NCBI GenBank assembly: GCA_045636865.1
Contig: JAZTYJ010000019.1
Location: 475-64,474, forward strand
Source of the DNA: Eubacteriales bacterium
Lineage (GTDB): Bacteria > Bacillota > Clostridia > Oscillospirales > JAAYXM01
Direction of reading: 5' to 3'
Length of the DNA stretch: 64,000 nt
Of this stretch, positions 36,195-45,669 are shown one piece after another (position 1 is the first letter of the stretch; the number at the start of each line of letters is the position of its first letter). Position numbers and translations under genes: made by a program. The notes below the pieces were generated by a model that saw nothing but the letters and a program-made list of their open reading frames with translations, was not told the DNA's origin and made no database searches.

Positions 36195-36240
36195 TAAAAA
36201 TATCATATATAGCATTTTTGCTATATATGATATTTTTATT
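36193..36240. repeat. Perfect 22-bp A/T-rich inverted repeat
   Basis: AATAAAAATATCATATATAGCA (36193-36214), loop TTTT, TGCTATATATGATATTTTTATT (36219-36240). It overlaps the LysR stop codon. Confidence 0.9.
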
Positions 36241-36296
36241 GCTATTTTGCCGATGGTATTGTATAGTAGTATCATAAAAACAAAGGGGGAAGTCAT

Positions 36297-37655
36297 ATGC
36301 CTTCTGCAATAATTTATCTTGGCATACTGCTTGCGGTGGTAATTCTCTGGTTTATGCTTCTTAAAAGACCGGTTTATGAAGCTATCCTGATAAGCTTTAT
36401 CGTGCTTCTTGCAGTTACAAACAGCTGGGGAGATGTTTGGGCGTACATAGACAAAAGCCTCTCAACCTCTCTTCTCTATTCGATGACCGCATTTGTTGCA
36501 ATGTCGGTAATACTGACAAAGACGAAAACGATAGACAGCTGTGTTGCCATTATTCTATCACTCCTCGGCAGAGTTACGGGTGGCGCAGGTTATGTTTCTG
36601 TTATAGCAAGCACGTTTATGGGTGCACTCTCGGGAAGCGGTCCGGGAAACGTTATGGCAACGGGTGCGCTTACGATTCCCGCTATGAAAAAAACGGGTTT
36701 TCCACCTGAGCTTGCCGCAAATATCGAAAGTAATGCAAGCTATATGGGCAATATGATTCCGCCGTCATCAAACATAGTTGCCGCACTCGGCGCGTATACG
36801 GCGCTCTATCCTGCCGCTGATATGACAATCGGCAAGTTCTGGATGGTTTTGTGGGGCGTTTCGGTATGGTTTATTTTGCAGAGAATTTTAATGGTTTATC
36901 TTTTCTGCAAATATTACAAGGTAAAGCCGATGTCGAAAGAAGAGCTTCCTGACCTTAAAACAGTTCTGAAAACCGGCTGGCAGGGACTTCTTCTTCCGGT
37001 TATCATTCTTCTTCCGTTCTTCCTTGACTATTTGTTTAAGGATACTCTCTTTACAGCGCGTCTCGGGACAGACGGTGCAAAGTTCTTCTCCTCAAGCCTT
37101 CTTATTTTCATACCCGGAATTTCTGCAATATATGCGCTTTTGATTTCAAAGGACAAGAGCTTCTTAAAGCCGTCGAAGATGGCGGACACATTTTCAAAGA
37201 GCGTAAAGACAATTGCGCCGGCAGTCGGCGTTTGTGTCGTCGGTTATATGATAGGCGCGCTTTTTGCATCTCTTGATATTGCAACGGAAATGGAAACTTT
37301 CATCGCATCAATGCATATGGGAAAGTTTGGTATGGTAATGTTCGTATGCATTTTTACGTGTTTCCTCGGAATGGTTATACCCGGCTCATCACTCGTAGTA
37401 ATCTTCGGCAGCGTGTTTATAACGGTTCTTGCATCTGTCGGAGTCAATCCGCTTCTTGCGGCGGCAATGCTCCCGTGCATCTGCGGCGTTATGTGCGGAA
37501 TCACACCGCCGCTCGGACTCGGCATGTATGCAGGTATGTCGCTTGCAGAATCTGATTTCGGAAAGACGTTTAAAAACAACCTCTGGTGGGTAGGCACGCA
37601 GTTTGTTATGGAAGTTGCTGTTCTTATGGGACTGCTTCCGATATTCGGACTGTAA
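36297..37655 (+). CDS. TRAP-transporter large permease (DctM-like)
   Basis: 452 aa, polytopic. GGAGYVSVIASTFMGALSGSGPGNVMATGALTIPAMKKTGF matches the DctM signature region from memory. Confidence 0.7.
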   Translation: MPSAIIYLGILLAVVILWFMLLKRPVYEAILISFIVLLAVTNSWGDVWAYIDKSLSTSLLYSMTAFVAMSVILTKTKTIDSCVAIILSLLGRVTGGAGYVSVIASTFMGALSGSGPGNVMATGALTIPAMKKTGFPPELAANIESNASYMGNMIPPSSNIVAALGAYTALYPAADMTIGKFWMVLWGVSVWFILQRILMVYLFCKYYKVKPMSKEELPDLKTVLKTGWQGLLLPVIILLPFFLDYLFKDTLFTARLGTDGAKFFSSSLLIFIPGISAIYALLISKDKSFLKPSKMADTFSKSVKTIAPAVGVCVVGYMIGALFASLDIATEMETFIASMHMGKFGMVMFVCIFTCFLGMVIPGSSLVVIFGSVFITVLASVGVNPLLAAAMLPCICGVMCGITPPLGLGMYAGMSLAESDFGKTFKNNLWWVGTQFVMEVAVLMGLLPIFGL

Positions 37656-37668
37656 GGAGGTAAGTGAT

Positions 37669-37941
37669 ATGAAAAAAGCATTTGAAAAAACAGCCCTGAT
37701 AATCAAAAAAATCTTCGGCTACGGAACATACGTTTCGCTTTTTGTCGGAGGACTTACCTTTTTCGGGTACGTTGCAGCCTTCATAATCGGCGGAGAAACA
37801 GCAACGGAGATTTGCACATTTATCTACAAGAAGGTAATTCCGGTTATAATTTACCTTGCAAACTGCATGATACTTCTCGGAATATTTTCGATGTATCTCT
37901 CGGGAGAATATGCGCTGACCCCTGAAAAAAAGAAAAAGTAA
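37669..37941 (+). CDS. Small membrane protein (90 aa), function unknown
   Basis: ORF 37603..37941. ATG 37669 follows AAGGAGG. Has two to three hydrophobic spans. Confidence 0.6.
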   Translation: MKKAFEKTALIIKKIFGYGTYVSLFVGGLTFFGYVAAFIIGGETATEICTFIYKKVIPVIIYLANCMILLGIFSMYLSGEYALTPEKKKK

Positions 37942-37942
37942 G

Positions 37943-37977
37943 AAAAACAGGTCATCTTTTAAGATGACCTGTTTTTT
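37943..37977. terminator. Bidirectional terminator
   Basis: AAAAACAGGTCATCTT, loop TT, AAGATGACCTGTTTTT. Confidence 0.85.
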
Positions 37978-37987
37978 GTATAAGATT

Positions 37988-39157
37988 TTATTCCTGACAT
38001 TCAAGATATGCCTTGTAGAAGAGCTTTGCATCGTGTTCAAAAAGACATTTCTTGTCAAAGAATGCTTTGACTTTCGGTTTTGCGAGAGTGGGTCCGCACA
38101 TAATCTGCTCATAATCCATTGCGGGATGGGAATTGATTTCGCAAAGCTTCATGCCGTCCTGCGTGATGATGATGTCAAGTCCGAGATAATCGAGAGAAGA
38201 AACGTGCTGACAGAGATCGTCTATCTTCTGACGTACATATTTCCAGTTGGGGAGGCTTGATTTGCTCCACTCTATGCCTGTGTCCGGATGTTTTGTGAGC
38301 ATCCATTTGCCGTCAGGACAAAAACGCTTGTATCTTATGCAGAAATCGTTGTATTTGCCGGTTTCAAAGTCAAAGCCGACACCGACTCCTCCTGATGAGA
38401 GGTTACTTGCGCCGCCGTTTGTTGAAGTTCCGAATCGTGCATAGGAAACTGCACACGACCATGTAGCAGGGGAGTAGAGGGTTTTTTTCGGATCCTTTAC
38501 CATAATTACTCTCAAGGTGCACTCGCTGTCAGGCCAGACCTTTGCAAGTTCTTCGTGCTGATGGGCATATTCTGTAATTATGTAGTTGCGCATTGAATCG
38601 CGGATTTCTTCAAAACGCTTCATATCTATCTGCTTGTTGTTTTCGAGCATTACGCCGTCTTTGAGTTCAAGCTTGATAAAGCCGAGACCTCCGGATGTTC
38701 CGGAATTTGGCTTCATAGCAAGAATGCCTTTGTGTCTGAGGAGATTGATGAGAAAATCCTCATCTTTTCCGATGCACTCGGGAAGATCCATAAGATAAGT
38801 ATAACTGCCGTCGTTTTCAACGTAGGCGTAGTATTCGGGCATGGTGCTCTCACAACCGTTGCTGTTGAGAACATATTTGAGAGTTGTTTTGTCAAGCCAC
38901 TTTAAAAAGTGGTTGTTGAGAGGATGGAGCATAAAGTATTGATAATCGGGAATGAAGGATTTATAGTTTTCTTCCGTAAGCCCGTAAAGCTCTATTCTGC
39001 CGGGGTAAAAACCTCTCTCAAGAGCCCAACGTGCCTGTTCCGGAGTTGCCGGAAAAGCCTTTTCGTCATCTGAAAGCTTCTTTACAAACATCCTTGCCCA
39101 TTTATAGTCCATTCCCAGTTCGCGGACTTTATCAAGTAATTTATCATAATTGGTCAT
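37988..39157 (-). CDS. ATP-grasp protein (sugar-transfer-associated ATP-grasp-like)
   Basis: 389 aa. The C-terminal GLDIIITQDGMKLCEINSHP is typical of the ATP-grasp Mg/ATP site. The subfamily call is from memory. Confidence 0.55.
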   Translation of the reverse strand: MTNYDKLLDKVRELGMDYKWARMFVKKLSDDEKAFPATPEQARWALERGFYPGRIELYGLTEENYKSFIPDYQYFMLHPLNNHFLKWLDKTTLKYVLNSNGCESTMPEYYAYVENDGSYTYLMDLPECIGKDEDFLINLLRHKGILAMKPNSGTSGGLGFIKLELKDGVMLENNKQIDMKRFEEIRDSMRNYIITEYAHQHEELAKVWPDSECTLRVIMVKDPKKTLYSPATWSCAVSYARFGTSTNGGASNLSSGGVGVGFDFETGKYNDFCIRYKRFCPDGKWMLTKHPDTGIEWSKSSLPNWKYVRQKIDDLCQHVSSLDYLGLDIIITQDGMKLCEINSHPAMDYEQIMCGPTLAKPKVKAFFDKKCLFEHDAKLFYKAYLECQE

Positions 39158-39272
39158 AATGGCAACTTCCTTTCAAATAATTACAACTCACAAATATATT
39201 ATCATAAATGTAAAAATATTGCAAGTAATTAAAAAAATAGCAACTTTTATGAAAAAAAGAGAGCGTTTTAGG

Positions 39273-39301
39273 TTGAATTTCAGATGCCATTATGGTATCA
39301 T
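39273..39301 (+). promoter_or_regulatory. Candidate promoter of the polysaccharide locus
   Basis: TTGAAT (39273-39278), 17 nt, TATCAT (39296-39301). Confidence 0.5.
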
Positions 39302-39344
39302 ATAAATGTATATTTGTGCGCAGAATAAAAGGAAGGGTGCGAAA

Positions 39345-40010
39345 ATGAGAAAATTCAATCTTTTTTTAAAAAGAACTTTTGATATCATTGTAAGCCTTGT
39401 TATCATAGTTGTGCTGACTGTTATACCTTTCTTCATAATTGTTCCGATTCTGATCAGAGCAACTTCAAAGGGCCCTGCAATTTTTACGCAGGAAAGGGTT
39501 GGCAAAGACGGCAAGTTATTTAAGATTTACAAGTTCCGCACAATGAGGATACCTGAAGACAGCCTTGATGAGAACGGAAACGAACTTACACCAAAAGAGA
39601 GAATAACAAAGGTTGGACGTTTTTTGAGAAAAACAAGTCTTGACGAACTAGCTCAGGTCTTCAATATTTTAAACGGAACTATGAGTATAGTCGGACCAAG
39701 ACCTACGCTTCCGCATCAGATTGAAAATTACAGCGAAAGACATCATCGTCGCCATGAAATGCGTCCCGGTGTTACGGGATGGGCACAGGTCAACGGACGT
39801 AACGAGCTCACATGGACCGAGAAGATTGAGTTTGATATTGAATACATAGATAAATTCAATTTCCTTTTTGACATAAAAATTCTTTTCAAAACAGTTGGCG
39901 TCGTTTTGTTGGGAAAAGGTATTGAGTTTACAAAGAGCGATAACTTAAGCAAATTCAAAACGGCTGAAGAGACACTGGAAGTCGAGGTTTCTGAAGAAAC
40001 AAAAGTCTGA
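39345..40010 (+). CDS. Initiating phosphoglycosyl transferase (small PglC/WbaP-C-terminal type 'bacterial sugar transferase')
   Basis: ORF 39306..40010. ATG 39345 follows AAGGAAGGG. One N-terminal hydrophobic helix, with KFRTM, DELAQ, IVGPRP and PGVTGWAQV motifs. Confidence 0.88.
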   Translation: MRKFNLFLKRTFDIIVSLVIIVVLTVIPFFIIVPILIRATSKGPAIFTQERVGKDGKLFKIYKFRTMRIPEDSLDENGNELTPKERITKVGRFLRKTSLDELAQVFNILNGTMSIVGPRPTLPHQIENYSERHHRRHEMRPGVTGWAQVNGRNELTWTEKIEFDIEYIDKFNFLFDIKILFKTVGVVLLGKGIEFTKSDNLSKFKTAEETLEVEVSEETKV

Positions 40011-40027
40011 TTTTAAGGAGCGGCTTT

Positions 40028-41263
40028 ATGAAGGCACTTGTTCTTTGCGGAGGTTTGCCGCAGATTGCATTGATAAAGGATTTAAAGGCACGAGGAATTA
40101 AAACTCTTCTCGCGGATATGAACGACAAGGTTGCGGCGCGCGAGTATGCCGATGAGTTTTACAAGGTCTCTGTTCTTGATGTTGACGCGGTAAGAAACCT
40201 TGCAAGAGAACAGAAGGTGGATTTTGTAATAACTGTCTGTGCAGATCAGGTTCTTCAGGTTTCGGCTGAGGTTTCAAGAGATCTGGGACTTCCGTGTTAC
40301 ATAGACTTTGAGACGGCAGAGAATGTTTCGAAAAAGTCGTATATGAAAGATACTTTTGTAAAGAGCGGAGTTCCGACATCAAGATTTGTTATAATGGAGA
40401 CCTTTGACGAAGAAAAGACAGATCATCTTGAGTATCCGATAATTGTAAAGCCGGTTGATGCTTACAGCTCACGCGGCGTAACAAAGGTTTCAAATGTTAA
40501 TGAGCTTCGCGCAGCGTTTGACAAAGCAAAGAGTATAAGCCGCACGGGAAACGTGATCATTGAGGAGTTCGTCGAAGGACGCGAAATTTCGGTTGACGTT
40601 TACGTTGAAGATGGAAAAGCACATATCCTCTGTATGACAGAGCTTTTCAAAATAGGTGAAGGCGGCAAGTTTATAATAAACCGCAGCTATTTTCCGGCTG
40701 CCGTTTCAGATGATATTGCGGCGCAGATAGCGGACACGGCACAGAAAATTGCCGATGGCTTTAAGCTTAAAAATACGCCGATGCTTGTGCAGCTTATTAC
40801 TGACGGGAAGAAAATATCCGTTGTTGAGTTCTGTGCAAGAACAGGCGGCGGAATAAAGTTCCTTATGATTAAAAAGCATACCGGATTTGACGTTGTCAAG
40901 GCGGTTGCGGACCTGACTTTAGGACTCTTGCCGCACGTTGGAGAACTTAAAAAGCCGGATAAAATAACGCTCAATGAGTTCGTATATTGCTTTGATGGTG
41001 TGCTTGATCATTTGGAAGGCTTTGATGAGCTTTTAAAAGAAGGAATCATTGATGAGTTTTCCCGATTCAAGGCTCCGGGAACTGCTTTCGGAGAGATTAA
41101 CGGAAGCGGAGACCGCGTTGCATACTTCAGCATATCGGCAAGCTCGGAAGAGGAGCTTATTAAGCGGCATAAGCTTGCAAACGGCAGAATCCGTGCAGTT
41201 TCAGTTGACGGGAAAGACCTTATAAGACACGATCTTCTTGAAAAATTTCACAGGGAGAAATAA
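40028..41263 (+). CDS. ATP-grasp domain protein (carboxylate-amine ligase type)
   Basis: 411 aa. PreATP-grasp N-terminus (KALVLCGG..., DFVITVCAD), then KKSYMKD.F...GVPT, PIIVKPVDAYSSRGV and IIEEFVEGREISVD. Confidence 0.75.
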   Translation: MKALVLCGGLPQIALIKDLKARGIKTLLADMNDKVAAREYADEFYKVSVLDVDAVRNLAREQKVDFVITVCADQVLQVSAEVSRDLGLPCYIDFETAENVSKKSYMKDTFVKSGVPTSRFVIMETFDEEKTDHLEYPIIVKPVDAYSSRGVTKVSNVNELRAAFDKAKSISRTGNVIIEEFVEGREISVDVYVEDGKAHILCMTELFKIGEGGKFIINRSYFPAAVSDDIAAQIADTAQKIADGFKLKNTPMLVQLITDGKKISVVEFCARTGGGIKFLMIKKHTGFDVVKAVADLTLGLLPHVGELKKPDKITLNEFVYCFDGVLDHLEGFDELLKEGIIDEFSRFKAPGTAFGEINGSGDRVAYFSISASSEEELIKRHKLANGRIRAVSVDGKDLIRHDLLEKFHREK

Positions 41264-41304
41264 AGAAAGCCATAGTGTTAGATAAGAAATTGAGGATAGA
41301 TTCT

Positions 41305-42501
41305 ATGAAAAAAGATGTAGTAATCGTGGCGAATTTTTGTGGAGAATTTAATTCTGCAAATAATGGCAGATTTAAAAACATTGCCAACATGCTATCTGAA
41401 GAGTGTGATATTGAAATTATCACTAGCGATTTCAGACACGGAACAAAAACACCAAAGACGGATTTTTCTGTAGATGGCAATTTTAAAGCAACTTTTATCC
41501 ATGAACCGCATTATTCGAAAAATATTTGTATAAAGAGATTTTTTGCTCACTACATTTTTTCGAAAAATGTCAGAAAGTATCTTGAGCAAAGAAAAGTTCC
41601 GGACCTTCTGTACTGTGCGGTTCCCTCACTTGATGTAGCATTTGAAGTGGCGAAATATGCGAAAAAGAAAAAGATTAACTTCATCCTGGATATTCAGGAT
41701 TTGTGGCCCGAAGCCTTCCGTATGGTTTTTGACATTCCGGTTGTGAGTGATATCATTTACGGTCCTATGATGAGAAAAGCAAATAAAATATACTCCGCGG
41801 CGGATGAAGTTGTTGCGGTTTCAAAGACATATGCGGATCGTGCAATGATTGTGAACAAAAAATGCAAGACACCTATAGTCGCCTTTCTTGGAACTGATTT
41901 GGATAAGGTTGATATTGAAATAAAAAATCCTTTGATTGTCCAAAAAGAAGGAAATGAAATTTTCATGGCATACATTGGAACATTGGGAAACAGTTACGAT
42001 TTAATAAGTGTTTTGTCTGCGATGAAATTGCTGAAAGAGGAAGGCAGAGCGAAAGAACTTAAGTTTATTGTTATGGGTAGTGGGCAGCTGAAGGAAAAGT
42101 TCGAGGAGTTTGCAAGAGAAAACGAACTGAATGTTGTATTTACAGGAAAGCTTCCATATCCACAAATGATAGCGGAACTTGCATATTGTGATTTTGCAGT
42201 TAATCCGATAAAAGCAAAGTCGGCGGGAAGTATCATAAATAAGGTTGGCGATTACGCGGCAGTCGGAATTCCCGTTGTTAATACGCAGAATTGCGAGGAG
42301 TACAGAAATCTGATTGATGAATACGGGGCCGGAATCAATTGCGAGAACGGAAATATTCGGGACTTGGCAGATGCAATAGAAAAAATGCACGATGATGCCG
42401 AATTGAGAGTGCGGATGGGGAAGGCAAATCGCAGATTGGCAGAGGATAAATTCAACAGATCGACGTCTTACAAAAAAATATGTGAGTTGATACTAAAATG
42501 A
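41305..42501 (+). CDS. Glycosyltransferase, GT4-like (GT-B fold)
   Basis: ORF 41275..42501. ATG 41305 follows GAGGATAG. The C-terminal half has FTGKLPY..., SAGSIINKVGDYAAVGIPVV. Confidence 0.75.
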   Translation: MKKDVVIVANFCGEFNSANNGRFKNIANMLSEECDIEIITSDFRHGTKTPKTDFSVDGNFKATFIHEPHYSKNICIKRFFAHYIFSKNVRKYLEQRKVPDLLYCAVPSLDVAFEVAKYAKKKKINFILDIQDLWPEAFRMVFDIPVVSDIIYGPMMRKANKIYSAADEVVAVSKTYADRAMIVNKKCKTPIVAFLGTDLDKVDIEIKNPLIVQKEGNEIFMAYIGTLGNSYDLISVLSAMKLLKEEGRAKELKFIVMGSGQLKEKFEEFARENELNVVFTGKLPYPQMIAELAYCDFAVNPIKAKSAGSIINKVGDYAAVGIPVVNTQNCEEYRNLIDEYGAGINCENGNIRDLADAIEKMHDDAELRVRMGKANRRLAEDKFNRSTSYKKICELILK

Positions 42502-43715
42502 AAGTTTTAATAATAAGCCACAATTGCTTTAGTCGGACACAAAACATGGGAAAAACGCTGATGTCCCTTTTCAGCGAGTTTAAAAAAGAGGATCTCATGC
42601 AACTCTATTTTCATCCGGCTATACCGACGGTGGACTGTTGTGATAACTACTATAGAATAACTGATAGGGACGCAATCAATTCTATTTTGAAGAGGGGAAG
42701 TTGCGGCAAAACCGTAAGTGCGGATATAAGAAGAGGTTGTGAAATTAAAACCGAACAAGAGAGCGGGAAGATAAAAAACAAAAGTTTTTTTATGCGCAGA
42801 ATAAGAGATTTGCTTTGGGAAATAAGCGCATGGAAAAGTGCAGGCCTTAAAAAGTGGCTCCTTGAAGGGAGCCCCGATATAGTGTTTTTTGCATCAGGTG
42901 ATGCGGTGTTTTCGCAAAAGATAGCGAGATGGGTATCAAAGTTTCTTGATATTCCGCTCGTTACATATGTCTGTGATGAATACTATTTTTACCATAAAGG
43001 TTTGCTCAAAAGGGTATTGACTAAAAATATCGCAAAGACGATTAAATCATCAGAAAGAGTTATTGCGATTTGTGAGGACTTGGGAAAGATTTATTTTGAA
43101 ACATTCGGAACAGAGTATGATGCTGTTATGACCGGAAGTTCTTTTGAGGCGGGAAGCCTTGAGAAGAAAAAGTGTGAGGAAATATCATATATCGGAAATA
43201 CAGCGCTCAACCGGTGGAAAAGTCTGATAGATATTGCTGACGTTTTAGATGATTTAAACAGGGAAAATTCATGGAACTATAAGCTTGTTTATTACGGAAG
43301 CAAAAATTGTGAACTTGAAAACAAGATAGAATACGGCGGCTTTTTGAACGTGGAAGGAATTGCGCAGGCAATGTCAAAGAGCTGTATGCTTGTGCACGTT
43401 GAAACCTTTGATAAGGAATACATTCCGAGGCTTGAATATTCTGTTTCTACAAAAATTGCAGACAGTCTTGCAAGTGGCAGTTGTATGCTTGCGTACGGAC
43501 CGGGAAAACTTGCATCGATGAAACACCTTGTGCGGAACAATTGCTGTGTTTTTGCAGAAAACAAGGCTGATCTGAAAAGGGAACTTGGCAAGATTTTTCT
43601 CGCCGAGCAGGAAATAGCAAAAAAAGAAGCAAATGCTCTTGAAACTGCAAGAAAGTTTCATAATAGCAAGACAAATAGTTTAAAACTTCGTAAAATACTT
43701 GAAGAACTTGCATAG
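42498..43715 (+). CDS. Putative GT-B-fold glycosyltransferase (divergent)
   Basis: 405 aa, ATGA overlap with the upstream gene. N-terminus MKVLIISHN... and C-terminal STKIADSLASGSCMLAYGP resemble GT4-type sugar-donor sites. Weak call. Confidence 0.45.
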   Translation: MKVLIISHNCFSRTQNMGKTLMSLFSEFKKEDLMQLYFHPAIPTVDCCDNYYRITDRDAINSILKRGSCGKTVSADIRRGCEIKTEQESGKIKNKSFFMRRIRDLLWEISAWKSAGLKKWLLEGSPDIVFFASGDAVFSQKIARWVSKFLDIPLVTYVCDEYYFYHKGLLKRVLTKNIAKTIKSSERVIAICEDLGKIYFETFGTEYDAVMTGSSFEAGSLEKKKCEEISYIGNTALNRWKSLIDIADVLDDLNRENSWNYKLVYYGSKNCELENKIEYGGFLNVEGIAQAMSKSCMLVHVETFDKEYIPRLEYSVSTKIADSLASGSCMLAYGPGKLASMKHLVRNNCCVFAENKADLKRELGKIFLAEQEIAKKEANALETARKFHNSKTNSLKLRKILEELA

Positions 43716-43745
43716 GTAAATATTTGAAGACTATGGGTGGAAAGA

Positions 43746-45014
43746 ATGAAAAAAAGCAATGAGAATCAATTGATTAATGGCAAGGAGAGAAAAAAGGAAA
43801 AGCTGGAGAGTACTCTGGTTTTTACGTTGTGCTTTGTCTTGTTTGCTCCGTCATTGAATAATTATTTAAACTGCTTTTTACAAACGGGATTAAAGTATGA
43901 GGTGAAATATATTTCGGAAGCGGTTTACATTGCTTTGGCCGGACTTGGAGCTATACAGGCTTTCAGATGCTTCTACAAGGATATGATAGTTTTAACAATA
44001 GCCTTATTCCTGATTATCGGAGGGGCTTGCAGCTTTTTTATTTATCCGGAAATAAGAGATGTAATTTATGGAGACCCGGTAGATCTGATATACAATCCGT
44101 TGAATAAGCTTGTGTTTTTCTGCGTTCCTGCGCTCATTTATTCGTCGTTTATATCCGATTTTGAAAAGTTGTTCGGTGCTATGGTCAAATGGGCTCGGGT
44201 TACTGTCATAACAGGCGTTTTTACATATGTATTTGTTGTTATCGTAAAAGAAAGAGATTTACAGTACATGGTTTTTTCATATTTTCTGCTGACTTCCATT
44301 TGTATCTGTATAGAGAATTTCAGAGGAACAAAGAACAAGGTTGATCTGGTACTTGCGGTAATAGGCGCCTTTTCGATTTTGTTTTGCGGTGCAAGAGGCG
44401 CGGTTGTTTCTTTGCTTTCATATATAATACTTCGGGGTATGCTTGGTAATGCAAACGACCTTTCCTTGAAAAAAGCAATGAGGGTTATAGTAGTTGCAAT
44501 GCTTATGCTTATTTTCTTTTTGTTCTGGGAACCTATACTTGAATGGTTTTTAGAGATTGGTGAAAAGATGGGGATCTCATCAAGATTCCTTACAGCTATT
44601 GAAGAGGGAACCTTGCTTGAAAGTTCAGGTCGAGACAAGATTTCGCATGCTACATGGAAAGCGATAAAAAGTAATCCGTTGGGATACGGCATATTTGGAG
44701 ACAGATATGCAACAGGTGCGTATGGAAATGGGAAATACACTTATTCCCACAATATTCTGTTGGAAAGCATTTGTTCTTTCGGCTTGATTTTCGGAACAAT
44801 GTTTATAGTAGTATTCTTCAAGCGTATCGTCAGGGCTATCAGACAGGAGAAGAAGTTTTACAATATGACAATCTGGTCACTAATACCGTATGGTATCTTC
44901 CAACTCTTCTTCTCATCCAGTATGTTTGAAAATGTTACATTTTATATACTTTTTGCATTGATATTTACAAATAAAACAGGAAGAGTTGATGGACGCAATG
45001 AGAAGGTTAGCTAA
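43746..45014 (+). CDS. O-antigen/repeat-unit polymerase (Wzy-like) membrane protein
   Basis: ORF 43737..45014, about 10 hydrophobic spans, plus a Wzy_C-like loop (GARGAVVSLL ... SHNILLESI). Confidence 0.65.
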   Translation: MKKSNENQLINGKERKKEKLESTLVFTLCFVLFAPSLNNYLNCFLQTGLKYEVKYISEAVYIALAGLGAIQAFRCFYKDMIVLTIALFLIIGGACSFFIYPEIRDVIYGDPVDLIYNPLNKLVFFCVPALIYSSFISDFEKLFGAMVKWARVTVITGVFTYVFVVIVKERDLQYMVFSYFLLTSICICIENFRGTKNKVDLVLAVIGAFSILFCGARGAVVSLLSYIILRGMLGNANDLSLKKAMRVIVVAMLMLIFFLFWEPILEWFLEIGEKMGISSRFLTAIEEGTLLESSGRDKISHATWKAIKSNPLGYGIFGDRYATGAYGNGKYTYSHNILLESICSFGLIFGTMFIVVFFKRIVRAIRQEKKFYNMTIWSLIPYGIFQLFFSSSMFENVTFYILFALIFTNKTGRVDGRNEKVS

Positions 45015-45669
45015 ATTTTTTGTCTGTTTTTTAAACAAGGTAAAGTACAAGAAAAAAGCTGATATAAAGTTGTCGGCTACGGTGCTTGGGAAGTGCAAAT
45101 TTGAGGGGAAAAACGCCGTAGGTAAAAAAAGTCGATTTGTAAATTCTTCGTTGGGGTATGCCTCATATATAGGTCGGAATTGTTCATTTTCAGAGACGAG
45201 AATAGGACGGTATTGTTCGATAGGAAGCGATGTGGCGATAGTTTCGTCAACCCATCCGACGGAAAATATGGTTTCAACGCATCCTTCGTTTTTCTCAAAG
45301 AGTTATAAAAATCTTTCGTATGTTGAAAAGGCGAAATGTGAGGAAATATTGAGAGATGAAAGCGGTTTGCAATGCGAAATCGGCAACGACGTCTGGATAG
45401 GAAATAAGGTACTTATAAAGGGTGGAGTTAAAATCGGCAATGGTGCCGTAATCGGTATGGGCAGCGTTATCACAAAAGATGTTCCGCCTTATGCGATTGT
45501 GGGAGGCGTTCCTGCAAAGGTGATAAGATACCGTGCGGATAAGGAAACTATTGAAAAATTGGAGAAAATGCAGTGGTGGAATAATCCGGAGGAGTGGGTT
45601 AGAGAAAATGCAGGGCTTTTTTGCGATTTGAAAGCATTTATAGGAGAGTTTGGAAATGAAAATATGTGA
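44986..45669 (+). CDS. Hexapeptide-repeat (left-handed beta-helix) O-acetyltransferase
   Basis: 227 aa. IGNDVWIGNKVLIKGGVKIGNGAVIGMGSVITKDVPPYAIVGGVPAKVIRYR. Confidence 0.85.
   Translation: MMDAMRRLAKFFVCFLNKVKYKKKADIKLSATVLGKCKFEGKNAVGKKSRFVNSSLGYASYIGRNCSFSETRIGRYCSIGSDVAIVSSTHPTENMVSTHPSFFSKSYKNLSYVEKAKCEEILRDESGLQCEIGNDVWIGNKVLIKGGVKIGNGAVIGMGSVITKDVPPYAIVGGVPAKVIRYRADKETIEKLEKMQWWNNPEEWVRENAGLFCDLKAFIGEFGNENM

Noticed and set aside
44138-44740. A 200-aa minus-strand ORF inside the Wzy-like gene. Similar ORFs occur at 42001..42390, 45295..45711, 47990..48349, 50126..50509 and 51203..51547.
   Set aside because: They are antisense or out-of-frame ORFs in AT-rich coding DNA, and their sense partners have coherent membrane or enzyme features. 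No RBS.
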